In this document: positions 8,805 to 18,771 of the stretch, piece by piece
Position numbering within the stretch: the stretch's first letter is position 1
Layout: each line of letters starts with the position of its first letter
Source of the DNA: Minisyncoccota bacterium
Lineage (GTDB): Bacteria; Patescibacteriota; Minisyncoccia; Phycocordibacterales; VMEP01
NCBI GenBank assembly: GCA_041661305.1
Contig: JBAZUR010000001.1
Span: 313,986-377,985 of the forward strand
Length of the DNA: 64,000 nt
Direction: 5' to 3'
Notes under the pieces: generated by a model
The model's database searches: none
What the model saw: the letters and a program-made list of their open reading frames with translations, nothing else
What the model was told of the DNA's origin: nothing
Program-made: the position numbers and the translations under genes

Positions 8805-11150
8805 TTAACGCACCGTCCAGTTATCTTTACTGTTTAGCACCCTTGTCACTCGATTCATAATTTCATCAAGCTCTACATCACTTAATGTTTTTTCTTCGGA
8901 AAGAAAGACGAGATGAAATGCATATGAAATCTTTCCATTTTTTTCAAATCTATCAAACAAATCTATTCGCACAAGCAATTCCCCTGCCTCTTTTTTAATA
9001 ACCCCTAGAACTTCCTCTTCGCTTACTCCGCCCCCCACAAACACAGCAATATCACGAAGCGCGAACGGATAAGGGGAAACATTTTTATAATTTACCGCCG
9101 GCAAAGAAATCTTTGTTGGAACATTATCGCTTGTTGGTTCAGATAATTTTGCAATAAACGCATCAAAGTCTAGCTCAACAATGCATGGCTTTTCGTTAAC
9201 TATGAAATTATCGACGATACTAACTCCGAGGGATTCTTCTATTTCTGCGATAATACTTTTTGCCTCACCAACAAAACTACTCTTCTTTATTCCATCATCA
9301 ATTGCAAAAGATAATTTCCTAACCTCTGTGTTCTTTGTAAACACATTGCCAAATTCAAAAATCTTAATTACTTTTTGCCCAAGAAGAGGAGCATTGTGAA
9401 TGTTTAATTTAAGAGATTCTTCAATCCCCGAAGCAATATTTGAACGTAGTTTTTCTTTATCATCGGCAAGCCCTTTTACGATTGCGACCTCACCTTTATT
9501 GCCAAAAGTGTAAGTCATTACCTCAGAAAACTCGCGAGCAAGTAGTATTTCGCGAATTTTGTTCTCATAATACATACGCTTATGAATTGCTCCGGTATGA
9601 GAAAGCTTTGGTAGGCTTGGCACAAGTTTGTCATAACCCAAAATACGCCCTATTTCTTCGGCCACGTCTTCTTTAATACGGATATCTAAACGTTCAGAAG
9701 GAACATTTATCACATATCGTTCTTCGCTTAAGTCGTCTACCACCCTTCCGTATCCAACTATTTTTCTTGTTGTCGAAAATTCTTCGATTGTTTCTATTAT
9801 AACTTTTCCATGTACTCTTGTAGAGTGAACAATCTTCCCGTCTCCAAGATACATACCAACATGATCAACTCCGCTAGGAACTTTCTCCCCTTTCAAGAAA
9901 TCCACTGATTCAAAATAAATTTTTCCCTCGCCTGAATTAGCAAACACTAAATCTCCGAACCTTAACTCTTCTAAAGTTACTTTTTTTGAAAAAACGTATT
10001 TATCGACAGAAATACTTGGCATCCAAATACCTTTGTATAAATAACTAATCAAGGAAGAGCAGTTAAAAGCAGAAGGTGCGTCTTCGCGCATAATTGAAGG
10101 ATTTTTGTATGGCACCCCGACAACAGCTTTATATGTTCCTGTTATGTAGTCCTGTGGAATTATTTTTTCAAAAGAAAAAGAAAGACGCTTCAATGTACTT
10201 TCTATATCACTATCAGTATATGTAGTTCCTAAAATCAGGTTGAGTTCCGGAAGCGAAATTCCGACATAATATTCTGTATCTTTGCGTGGATATACATCAA
10301 CGACTTCGCTTGCCATTACTTCACCACAAATTTCTTTAATTAAATTCGCTGTCATATAAAGACCTTCTTCCACAAGTGAGTTCGCAATACCGTTTTCAAA
10401 GCGCTTAGATGCATCAGTTCGAAGGTCATATTTTTGTGCTGTTTGGCGAATTAAACTTGGATTAAAGTTGGCACTCTCAAGAACAACACTAGTCGTGTCT
10501 TTGCTTATACCGCTATACTTACCGCCTTTTATGCCAGCAAGGCCGAGTACTTTTTCGTCATCAGCAATTACAAGAGTCTCTCCATCGAGGTTCAAGGTCT
10601 TTTCATCAAGCGTAGTAAACACCTCCCCGTTCTTAGCAAAACGAGTACAGAGCGCACCCTTAATACTTCGTGTGTCATACGCATGCATCGGCTTATTAAG
10701 CGCAAATTGCACGTAATTAGTGGCATCAACTATGTTGTTGATACTTCGCTGTCCAATCGCCTCAAGACGCGATTTTAGCCATTCTGGGCTGTCGCCAACA
10801 AACACACCGTCAATACGCATACTCATAAATCGTGTACAAAACTTTGCATCACCAATTGCGACAATGGGAGCAACTACTGAATCGCCCAAAAAATTATTGT
10901 CTTTTTGAACACGCTCGTCTTCTTTAAAAGTGAGGCTCAAGTCCGCACAGATTTCGCGTGCCAAACCACGATGCCCTAATGCGTCGTGCGCACGGTTTGG
11001 AAGAATTTTAATATCGTAAACTGTATCGTTCGGCAAAGAAATTACCTCCTCTACTTCAAACGACTTTTTGTTTAAAGTATCAGCAATAACAACATCACTT
11101 GGAAGAGTTTCAATAATATAATCTTGTAGCCATTGTTTAGAGAATTTCAT
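8805..11150 (-). CDS. pheT: phenylalanine--tRNA ligase beta subunit (no B2 domain) with inserted NlpC/P60 domain
   Basis: B3/4 (INNIVDATNYV, RTDASKRFE), B5 (VPSERLDI..EDVAEEIGRILGY), FDX-ACB (RDIAV); insert at aa ~331-476; adjacent to pheS. Confidence 0.93.
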   Translation of the reverse strand: MKFSKQWLQDYIIETLPSDVVIADTLNKKSFEVEEVISLPNDTVYDIKILPNRAHDALGHRGLAREICADLSLTFKEDERVQKDNNFLGDSVVAPIVAIGDAKFCTRFMSMRIDGVFVGDSPEWLKSRLEAIGQRSINNIVDATNYVQFALNKPMHAYDTRSIKGALCTRFAKNGEVFTTLDEKTLNLDGETLVIADDEKVLGLAGIKGGKYSGISKDTTSVVLESANFNPSLIRQTAQKYDLRTDASKRFENGIANSLVEEGLYMTANLIKEICGEVMASEVVDVYPRKDTEYYVGISLPELNLILGTTYTDSDIESTLKRLSFSFEKIIPQDYITGTYKAVVGVPYKNPSIMREDAPSAFNCSSLISYLYKGIWMPSISVDKYVFSKKVTLEELRFGDLVFANSGEGKIYFESVDFLKGEKVPSGVDHVGMYLGDGKIVHSTRVHGKVIIETIEEFSTTRKIVGYGRVVDDLSEERYVINVPSERLDIRIKEDVAEEIGRILGYDKLVPSLPKLSHTGAIHKRMYYENKIREILLAREFSEVMTYTFGNKGEVAIVKGLADDKEKLRSNIASGIEESLKLNIHNAPLLGQKVIKIFEFGNVFTKNTEVRKLSFAIDDGIKKSSFVGEAKSIIAEIEESLGVSIVDNFIVNEKPCIVELDFDAFIAKLSEPTSDNVPTKISLPAVNYKNVSPYPFALRDIAVFVGGGVSEEEVLGVIKKEAGELLVRIDLFDRFEKNGKISYAFHLVFLSEEKTLSDVELDEIMNRVTRVLNSKDNWTVR

Positions 11151-11152
11151 AT

Positions 11153-11929
11153 CTAAAATTGATTCACTACCCGAAGATCGCCATTGTATAAAAGTCTCAC
11201 ATCATCAATGCCATATTTGAGCATTACCATACGGTCGATACCACAACCGAAAGCAAAACCACGATATTCCCTCGGATTAATTCCACCCGCTTCAAGTACT
11301 CGTGGATGTACCATTCCTGCTCCACCTATTTCTATCCACCCTGTTTGCTTGCAAATATTGCATCCGCCCCCCTTACACTTAAAACATTGCATATCAAATT
11401 CGTTACCGGGCTCAACAAACGGAAAGTACGACGAGCGTAATCTAATTACGATATCTGTCTCAAAAAAATCTGAGAAAAGTTTTTGCATAACCCCCACCAT
11501 CATTGAAAGCGATGTGTCTTTGCCAACATAAAATCCTTCTATTTGAAAAAACTGAGCCTCGTGAGTCGCGTCTGTCGCCTCGTTGCGAAATACTTTTCCT
11601 GGACACCCGATAGCCAATGGAAACTCGCGACCTTCTGCGACATGTTTCTCCATCGCGCGAATCTGCATATTACTTGTGTGGGTACGCAAAACATAGCCAA
11701 CATCTTCGCCATACTTATTTACACCCCTTTTATCTTTAATCCAAAAAGTGTCCTGCATATCCCTAGCAGGATGATCTCCGGGGATATTTAAAGCATCAAA
11801 ATTATGCCATTCATCTTCAAGCTCTGGCCCATCAACAGTATCGAAGCCCATCCTCGAAAAAATGTCCGAAATACGCATAACAGCTAGCGTTATTGGATGA
11901 ATGTGGCCACTTTTTTCCGGAGACAACAT
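11153..11929 (-). CDS. pheS: phenylalanine--tRNA ligase alpha subunit (short, no N-terminal coiled coil)
   Basis: GHIHP, NFDALN..HPARDMQDTF, LRTHTS, YFPFVEP, CxxCxxxGCxxC, GFAFGCGIDR. Confidence 0.96.
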   Translation of the reverse strand: MLSPEKSGHIHPITLAVMRISDIFSRMGFDTVDGPELEDEWHNFDALNIPGDHPARDMQDTFWIKDKRGVNKYGEDVGYVLRTHTSNMQIRAMEKHVAEGREFPLAIGCPGKVFRNEATDATHEAQFFQIEGFYVGKDTSLSMMVGVMQKLFSDFFETDIVIRLRSSYFPFVEPGNEFDMQCFKCKGGGCNICKQTGWIEIGGAGMVHPRVLEAGGINPREYRGFAFGCGIDRMVMLKYGIDDVRLLYNGDLRVVNQF

Positions 11930-11971
11930 AGTCCTCTGATTATAGCCAAATGAGGCCCTTAAACAAAGTTT

Positions 11972-12910
11972 TTATGGTAATTCTAGGCGATAAAATCTAC
12001 CGTCCACGCCTTTTATAAAATAAGCTCCATTTGAGGCAACGCGAATTTTTGAATCTCGCTCTTTAAAAACCGGGCGTAAATCTGCTTCCCTTGATCCAAT
12101 ATTAAGCTGTAAGGCAACAATCCCAGATGGCCTCTCTATTAAAACAACATCTGTTCGGTCTGGGTAAAATTCAATATTAGAAATTTTTTCCTCACTTTTA
12201 AAAATATCAGTTGTCGTTGCTACAGTACTAGTAGAAACACGGAAAAAATATGGGGCATCTAAAACGTTACCAATCCATAAAGCCGAGATTGTATTATTGT
12301 TTAAATAAACAGCACTCTTACCTGAAATTAAAATGTCGTCAGTTTCATCAAGATCAAATCTTTTATGAATATCGAGAGACTCTTCAAGCTCTTTTTTTTC
12401 TTCTGCTTTAGTTAATTTTCTTTTTTCAAATAAACTTTTAACGGCTAGATATTCTTCCGTACTTGTTGCCACCCTCACGACTTCTTTTGTTGTCGTAGAA
12501 GTGCCTTCTTTTAGCTTACCGAACTGCAACACTTCGTCCAATATAAATTTTTCTGGAGCAAGAAATGCGTAATTCTCAGTAACAATTTTGGGGTATACCA
12601 CAATATTTTTTGCCCAAGGATAATACCCTTCCTTTTTGACCTCAATAAAATAATTACCAATTTTTAAATCCTGAACAAAAAACGACCTAGATAAAAAGCC
12701 GAGCGTATCTCCGGCCCTATTGTTTATATATAAAGTAGAACCCGCTGGACTTAAATAAACAGAAACGCCACCTGTTTCAGAAACAATCCCCTCTCCAAAG
12801 CGATAGCCTGATGTGTATAAAACCAAAATTGGGGAGGCAATAAAAAACACAGCTATCAGCAAATAAAAAAATCTATTTCTGCTCTTAGTTGAAAGTGGTT
12901 TTATTGGCAT
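11972..12910 (-). CDS. membrane-anchored PEGA-like domain protein
   Basis: N-terminal TM helix, GYRF, TGGVSV..PAGSTLYIN, IEVKKEGYYPW; start moved to 12910 to avoid overlap. Confidence 0.65.
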   Translation of the reverse strand: MPIKPLSTKSRNRFFYLLIAVFFIASPILVLYTSGYRFGEGIVSETGGVSVYLSPAGSTLYINNRAGDTLGFLSRSFFVQDLKIGNYFIEVKKEGYYPWAKNIVVYPKIVTENYAFLAPEKFILDEVLQFGKLKEGTSTTTKEVVRVATSTEEYLAVKSLFEKRKLTKAEEKKELEESLDIHKRFDLDETDDILISGKSAVYLNNNTISALWIGNVLDAPYFFRVSTSTVATTTDIFKSEEKISNIEFYPDRTDVVLIERPSGIVALQLNIGSREADLRPVFKERDSKIRVASNGAYFIKGVDGRFYRLELP

Positions 12911-12912
12911 AT

Positions 12913-14520
12913 TTAAATATTTTTCGTTTTGGCAAAAACTGTTGTTTCTCCTCTGTGTTTTGGTGTTACCCAAAAACCCATATAACGACCAAACATCAAT
13001 CTGGTCTGAGCATCAAGTCCTGGTATGGCACCAAAAATGGTGATAGTAACTGGAACCAAAACCCATTGAATAATCATAAAAAAATTATCTCGCCATGTTC
13101 TATTTGACGGACGCGGTGGCAAAAAAGAATAAGAAATCGCGGCGGTAAGAAAAAGACCAAGCATTGAGATAATCATCAAGTTCCTTGTCATGATTGGAAG
13201 ATTATAAGAAAGAACAGTTTGGTTAAAGATGCTCCCACCTATTATAACTGGTAACCAGCCAAGTAAAAATATAATTAGCGGGTTTGTTGAAAGAGACCAA
13301 TAGCCTTCAAGCTGGACCAAAGAAATTCTTATTTTTTGCAATAATGGAATTCTTTTATTTTTTAAAAAATTCATCAAAATATAAGGAACATTTTCTGATC
13401 CATATGCCCAACGTCTGTGTTGCTTGTACACATTCTTCATTGTTTGCCATAAACTTGAGTCGAGATTTGCATCCATCGAAACAGGATAAGCGATTGAAAC
13501 TATTTCATAGTTTCCATCGTGTGCCATTAAAAGATTCCAGAAAATTCTTGAATCTTCAGAAACCATATTCTTCTGCCAATACCCCACCTCATAAAGAGTT
13601 TTAAAAGAAACAGCGTGAGAAGAAAAAGTGACAAGCTTTTCTGGTCTTTCTTGTTGAATCATCTGCCAGAAAGTAGAAGACATGGCAGCGACGCGTGATG
13701 GCGCTGGGGCATCCCAAATATTGTTGTTATATAAAGGTACTGGCTGAAATGAAGATTGATATGGTTTTTCGCAAGTTAAAAAGTGCCAAGTAAGACAGGT
13801 AAAATAATCAGGATAAACTACCGTGTCACTATCAAAAGCAGAAACTAAAACATCTTCGTATGCAATATTTTTCGCATCCAAAATGAGCTTTCTGGCTTCT
13901 TCTGCCATATAAGAAATATTTGAACCTTTACCAGCCATCTCTCCGGGAATACCATCTCTATGTACAGTCAAAAGAACGTCAAAAAACTTTTCTTTATATT
14001 TTGAAAGTATTGCTTCTCCGCGTAGAATTGCATCTTCCCCGGCCCTTTTTTCTGCTCCTAATACAACGATTATTTTCTTCAAATCATATTTTGATTCAGC
14101 AAGTTTTTCGATTGTATTATTAAGCACGTGTTCGCTTTCGTCGTAGTACGGTAAAACAACCAAGTGGTAGATATGCTCATACTTAAGATTCTCAAGCATT
14201 GAAGACCAGTCTACTTTTAGATTATGCTTTATACGCTTCCAATTATGGCGAAGGTGATAAGAGAGATGTGCTGTTTTCAAAACCCAATACACATCAAAAG
14301 CAATTATGAACATTGCGGCAATAGTCGGAGCAAAAATAGACAATAATATTATTGTAATAATCGTCCCCCAAGCCATAAGGCCAGGAATCATTTCGAGAAA
14401 CCGGTACAAACGATAATCCCCCAAAGAAAGATCAGTGGCGCGGCCCACATGAAAATAAGGAGTACTTATTGACTCCTTATTCACCCAAGAAATATTATGT
14501 TTTTTATCTTCTCCTTCCAT
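12913..14520 (-). CDS. membrane glycosyltransferase family 2
   Basis: GKGSN, FDSD (DxD), SED and QHRRW (QxxRW-like) motifs, multiple TM segments; start uncertain. Confidence 0.85.
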   Translation of the reverse strand: MEGEDKKHNISWVNKESISTPYFHVGRATDLSLGDYRLYRFLEMIPGLMAWGTIITIILLSIFAPTIAAMFIIAFDVYWVLKTAHLSYHLRHNWKRIKHNLKVDWSSMLENLKYEHIYHLVVLPYYDESEHVLNNTIEKLAESKYDLKKIIVVLGAEKRAGEDAILRGEAILSKYKEKFFDVLLTVHRDGIPGEMAGKGSNISYMAEEARKLILDAKNIAYEDVLVSAFDSDTVVYPDYFTCLTWHFLTCEKPYQSSFQPVPLYNNNIWDAPAPSRVAAMSSTFWQMIQQERPEKLVTFSSHAVSFKTLYEVGYWQKNMVSEDSRIFWNLLMAHDGNYEIVSIAYPVSMDANLDSSLWQTMKNVYKQHRRWAYGSENVPYILMNFLKNKRIPLLQKIRISLVQLEGYWSLSTNPLIIFLLGWLPVIIGGSIFNQTVLSYNLPIMTRNLMIISMLGLFLTAAISYSFLPPRPSNRTWRDNFFMIIQWVLVPVTITIFGAIPGLDAQTRLMFGRYMGFWVTPKHRGETTVFAKTKNI

Positions 14521-14659
14521 AAAGTTGTGCTGGTACAAAATACCGAATTTCATGCATCGGTTACGACACTGGGTGTCTCCTAGGCATTACTCGAGCCTAC
14601 TTTATCAAAAATTCACCACCAACGAAAGCCCCGGAAAACACTCCCCAAAAGGTCGGTAT

Positions 14660-15241
14660 TTAAACCTTATCAGCAAAAACAACAAGGCGATTGGAGTAGC
14701 TCTGCATCGTTTTATCCCATACGCCCTCGCAAGTAATCAGATTGAGATGCGCCTTTCCATCATTTGAACTAAATACATTTGGAGCAACTTCTTTCTCGTC
14801 GTATATCCGAATCTCACGCACCTCGAAAACAACACTGTTCCCCTTTCCATCCTCGACATAGATCTTGTCTCCCTTTTTTAGTCTGTTCAGATCGTCAAAG
14901 ACTGCAGGAATATTGTTTTTCCAACCAAAGTGTCCTGTAATAACCGCTGTTCCCTCTTCTCCCGGGCGTGGTCCAATTTTAAGCCACCCCGCGATGTCAG
15001 GCACTTTCGGTGTATCCATTACACCGTCTATAGCAATTCCTACTTCTTCAACAGACGCATCAACTTCAATGGCTGGAATGCGTAGGTTCATTGGCAACAA
15101 TTCTGGATATTCAATAAAAGATACCTTGCTGTCACCTGTTGAATTACGTGGTGTAAAGTAAGAATAAAGAACAGCCGAAACAATGAACCCTATAAGAAAT
15201 ACTATTGCGAGTGTTTGATTTGAAGAGATTTTTGATTTCAT
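14660..15241 (-). CDS. class F sortase
   Basis: N-terminal TM, LRIPAI, GPRPGEEGTAVITGH (His), LNLITC (Cys), RLVV (Arg). Confidence 0.9.
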   Translation of the reverse strand: MKSKISSNQTLAIVFLIGFIVSAVLYSYFTPRNSTGDSKVSFIEYPELLPMNLRIPAIEVDASVEEVGIAIDGVMDTPKVPDIAGWLKIGPRPGEEGTAVITGHFGWKNNIPAVFDDLNRLKKGDKIYVEDGKGNSVVFEVREIRIYDEKEVAPNVFSSNDGKAHLNLITCEGVWDKTMQSYSNRLVVFADKV

Positions 15242-15348
15242 AAACTTGAGAGGATTTAATCCTAAGGCGACATCCGTATCAAAACGGAACCATAAACATA
15301 AACTTCACAGTACACTTTTTAATCCTTCGCCAGAAATCTGGTGAGTAT

Positions 15349-17217
15349 TTAAACCGTGCGCTTTTTTAAGACCACCTTGAGTGTAGTTGAGACCAATGCG
15401 ATAACCCCTATCAATGTGGCAACAAACCATAAAGTATTTCCTCTTTCTGGTGGGAACCCTGCGTTAGGAAAACCAACGGTTGCTCCTAGAACTTCAGGTA
15501 CAACAACTGTAGCCGATGAAAAATCGACGGCTGTTAAGCCATTGGCGTAGCCCACGGCTGTGCCTATATTTGTCGTTGTTTGAGTAATATTTGTCTGACA
15601 AGTAAACGACCATGTTTCGTTACTCTCAAGCAAGTTATTACTGTTGATGTCTCCAGGGTGTCCCGTAACGCGTCCTGGTAGACCAGTACACTTGTCGTCG
15701 GTAATGCTGACGTTCGACAATGGCGCTGTTCCTGGATTAGTTACTGTATACGCATAAGTGACAGCTCCTCCGCCAATCGGCAAAACTGATACGCTTGGCT
15801 TTTTTACTAAATGTATTAATGGTGGTGTTACAGCCGAACCAACAACGACAGTTGCATTCGCAGTGTCATATGTGTCCCATCCGTTATAGAAACCACGAGC
15901 AGTTGCTGTGTTTGTTTCAGTTTGAGAAACTGTTTTAGTACAACGGTATATCCATGCTTCAGACAAGTCGAGCCACGAGTTATTATTTGTATCTCCCGAA
16001 ACAAAATTTACCTGACTACACTTGTTATCCTTAACCCATACATTACTCATCGCAACTGGACCTATATTTGTTGCTGTGTAAGTGTAGTTGACTACCCCAG
16101 CACCAAGAGGTAACGCAACAGGACTTGGTATTTTTGTAATGTTAATAAGTGGCAATGGAGAGAAGGTGCTACCGCCCGTAGATGATGGTGTTGGAGGTGG
16201 TGGTGTATCTGTGTTGGTAATAGTACAAGTTTTACTATCGCCCAAAGCAAGAGTCACGCTGCCACTTGAATTACAGTCTCCGCTAAAAATTGCTGTATAT
16301 GATGGGTTCACGTTTTCGCTCACCACATAAGTACCAGCTGAGAGTGAGTAGGCGGTCCCTGGTGTTACAGCTCCAAGCTGTGGACTACCAGAAACATCAA
16401 CACCCGCACTCTTCACATGTATTGTAAAGTCAGAAGAAACGGCCGTCCCTCCACTCGTGTTAATGACAGTCTTAATAACACGGAGAGTGGTTGGCACAGT
16501 AATTGTGTTTGAGTCAGTTGTAACGGTATGACCAAAAGCCAACACTCTTCCTAAGAGGTGTGCAAAATGCCCCAAAGTAACCCCTGTAGAGCCGAGAGTA
16601 TCGGCAATTATATTACCAACAAAGGTTGGTGTCGGTGATGTTGCAGAGTTCGCTCCAATTGAGGCAAGCCCTGTTGGTGTCCAAAACACATCTGAAGCGC
16701 TCGCACCATTTATCAAAACAACCTTGGAGTTAGCTCCTGTTGTAAGCGCACCACCTGATCTGAAAATATATGTCCCAGGACCATCGAGGGTCACAGTGGT
16801 ACTTAGTGCTATATCCATTGTCCCACTACTAGAGTAACAACCTGGAGTATATGTTCCAGACAAAACAACGTTGGCACCAAGAGATGTACACGCCTGACTA
16901 TTTAAATTTGCCAAAGCCGTTGATTGAGCCGCCCCATTTATACATGGCACAACAGCTTGGCTTAGTGGCGTAACGGTAATCCCATTAATTGATATCGGAG
17001 CTGTGTCTGGTGGTGTGGTATAACAAACATTTCCATTAATAGCTGTCTCAAGTCCAGCATTCAAGGAGTTTGTCCAAGTATCAGAAACAATACCGAATGT
17101 ACTGGCAGTACCAAGTGTTGGTGTAGATGCTGCGGAAACGACAACGGGATTGGCAAATCCTGCAACAAACGCGACTGCTACTGCGACTGCTATTAAATTG
17201 TTTTTGAGTTTTTTCAT
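15349..17217 (-). CDS. secreted ice-binding-like protein (DUF3494) with repeated beta-sandwich domains and a C-terminal sorting signal
   Basis: Signal peptide; PGCYSS..VTLDGPGTYIF..GASASDVFW..FVGNII..LLGRVLA; two VxYxYTxTNxG..DxKC..NTATA repeats; FPNAG + TM + KKR tail. Confidence 0.8.
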   Translation of the reverse strand: MKKLKNNLIAVAVAVAFVAGFANPVVVSAASTPTLGTASTFGIVSDTWTNSLNAGLETAINGNVCYTTPPDTAPISINGITVTPLSQAVVPCINGAAQSTALANLNSQACTSLGANVVLSGTYTPGCYSSSGTMDIALSTTVTLDGPGTYIFRSGGALTTGANSKVVLINGASASDVFWTPTGLASIGANSATSPTPTFVGNIIADTLGSTGVTLGHFAHLLGRVLAFGHTVTTDSNTITVPTTLRVIKTVINTSGGTAVSSDFTIHVKSAGVDVSGSPQLGAVTPGTAYSLSAGTYVVSENVNPSYTAIFSGDCNSSGSVTLALGDSKTCTITNTDTPPPPTPSSTGGSTFSPLPLINITKIPSPVALPLGAGVVNYTYTATNIGPVAMSNVWVKDNKCSQVNFVSGDTNNNSWLDLSEAWIYRCTKTVSQTETNTATARGFYNGWDTYDTANATVVVGSAVTPPLIHLVKKPSVSVLPIGGGAVTYAYTVTNPGTAPLSNVSITDDKCTGLPGRVTGHPGDINSNNLLESNETWSFTCQTNITQTTTNIGTAVGYANGLTAVDFSSATVVVPEVLGATVGFPNAGFPPERGNTLWFVATLIGVIALVSTTLKVVLKKRTV

Positions 17218-17242
17218 TTTTTTATAATATTTAATTATTGCT

Positions 17243-18565
17243 TTAATAATGCTCACTTATAAATCCGCGTGTTATTGTTCCAAAATTTCCCAAAGCCGGA
17301 CTAATCCCTACCCTTGCTTGAAATTCAGCCAAAGCCTCACGAGTCAAGACTCCAAAGTAAGACGTGGCACCAACTCTAGACAGAGCCACAGCAGCCGAAC
17401 CTTTGTTTTCTGAAATCAAAAACTGTTGAAGAGCTAATACATCACTACCTCTACCACCCTCCCTAAGGTTGGCTGTAATTGCTCGGACTTCTTGTCCAAT
17501 GCCACGGGAAGAAGCTCCGGGGATACAGGCAGTGCCCGTTGTTATGCTGAATTTATTTCCCGAAAAACATCCTGAGTCATTCATAGTGGTCACACTTGAA
17601 GAAACGCAATTGCGACCAGTTGTTATGCTAAATTTATTTCCAGAAAAACATCCAGAGTCGGTTTCGTTAACTGAAGATTGAGTTGTATAGGTTGTAGTTA
17701 CAGATGAAGCTGGGGTTGCAGGCACAGCAGGTGTAGCAGAAACCGTAGGAGTCACTGTTGTAACAGCTGGAATTGCTGGTGTAGCGGGAGTAGTGGAAAT
17801 AGAAACCGAAGGAATATTAACGGAATTCGCATCAAGAGTAACCGCGGTCTGTGCAAGTGCTCTACCATTTAACGTTGCGCCAGTATTCAGCACAATCGCT
17901 GTCTGGTCCAAAATATTTCCATTAAAAACGGCTCCTGTGCCGATAGTTGTCTGACCTGCTACTACCCAGAAAATATTACTGGATTGCGCTCCTCCACTTA
18001 AAATAATTTTAACGTTTGAACTAATCTCAAGATTCTGTGCTATCTGAAAAATCCAGACATCATTCGCACCACCTGAAATGGTAACGTCAGATGGTATTGT
18101 TACGCCTGTACCCCATTTGTATAATCCGGGAACAAGTGTCATTCCGCCTATGTTTCCGGCACCTAATTCAGTCGCGGTAGGATTTGTTCTACCCGCACCG
18201 TCAGTGTAGGCAGTTTCCATATTACTGATTGAGGTAGTCATATTAGATGGTGTTGGAACAGCATAATCAGAGGCATACACTTTCCCGGTAACTTGTACTG
18301 ATGTAGAAAATGCTGATGCAGAAGGAAGAATCAACCCGAATCCGGTTATAAGTGTTGCGGCTGCTGGACTAACCCCAATATCACCAACAACTAAAGTGGT
18401 GCCTGTAGTCGATATTCCAGATTTTGCCAAAATAGCAAAATTTCCAGCTGACCCAAGATTAATCACTTCAGGTCCTGCTGCAAGCACAGCTATTGGCGCT
18501 GTTCCTACAAAAACAAGGGAGACAGCCAACGCTACTGCTGATAAGTTTTCATTAATTTTTTTCAT
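17243..18565 (-). CDS. secreted ice-binding protein (DUF3494) with C-terminal peptidoglycan-binding-like domain
   Basis: LGSAGNFAILAKSGISTTG, LVPGLYKW, VWIFQI, NIFWVVAG, LNGRALAQTAVTL; TPAxPA linker; DVLALQQFL..YFGVLTREALAEFQ. Confidence 0.9.
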   Translation of the reverse strand: MKKINENLSAVALAVSLVFVGTAPIAVLAAGPEVINLGSAGNFAILAKSGISTTGTTLVVGDIGVSPAAATLITGFGLILPSASAFSTSVQVTGKVYASDYAVPTPSNMTTSISNMETAYTDGAGRTNPTATELGAGNIGGMTLVPGLYKWGTGVTIPSDVTISGGANDVWIFQIAQNLEISSNVKIILSGGAQSSNIFWVVAGQTTIGTGAVFNGNILDQTAIVLNTGATLNGRALAQTAVTLDANSVNIPSVSISTTPATPAIPAVTTVTPTVSATPAVPATPASSVTTTYTTQSSVNETDSGCFSGNKFSITTGRNCVSSSVTTMNDSGCFSGNKFSITTGTACIPGASSRGIGQEVRAITANLREGGRGSDVLALQQFLISENKGSAAVALSRVGATSYFGVLTREALAEFQARVGISPALGNFGTITRGFISEHY

Positions 18566-18655
18566 ATATTATTTTTAAAAAAATGCTTTATTGCTTATTA
18601 AATTTGCACCATTTTTTTATTTCTATTGTTTAAAATAGTTATCTTACGCAGTGAT

Positions 18656-18681
18656 GCCGTTTTAAACGGAAAACCATTACA
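18656..18681 (-). promoter_or_regulatory. putative ECF sigma promoter for the ice-binding genes
   Basis: TGTAAT-N16-CGGC on minus strand. Confidence 0.65.
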
Positions 18682-18771
18682 GTTAATTTTACAGTTGATT
18701 TTTCGTGGCCACATAGAAAAACAGACCTTGGGCTAGGCGTAAAATTAGCCCTTTAGCAAAAGGTTAATTTA

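Noticed and set aside
14538-14661. Firm c-di-AMP riboswitch call
   Set aside because: Only fragments of the consensus match, so it is kept as a low-interest finding rather than a feature.
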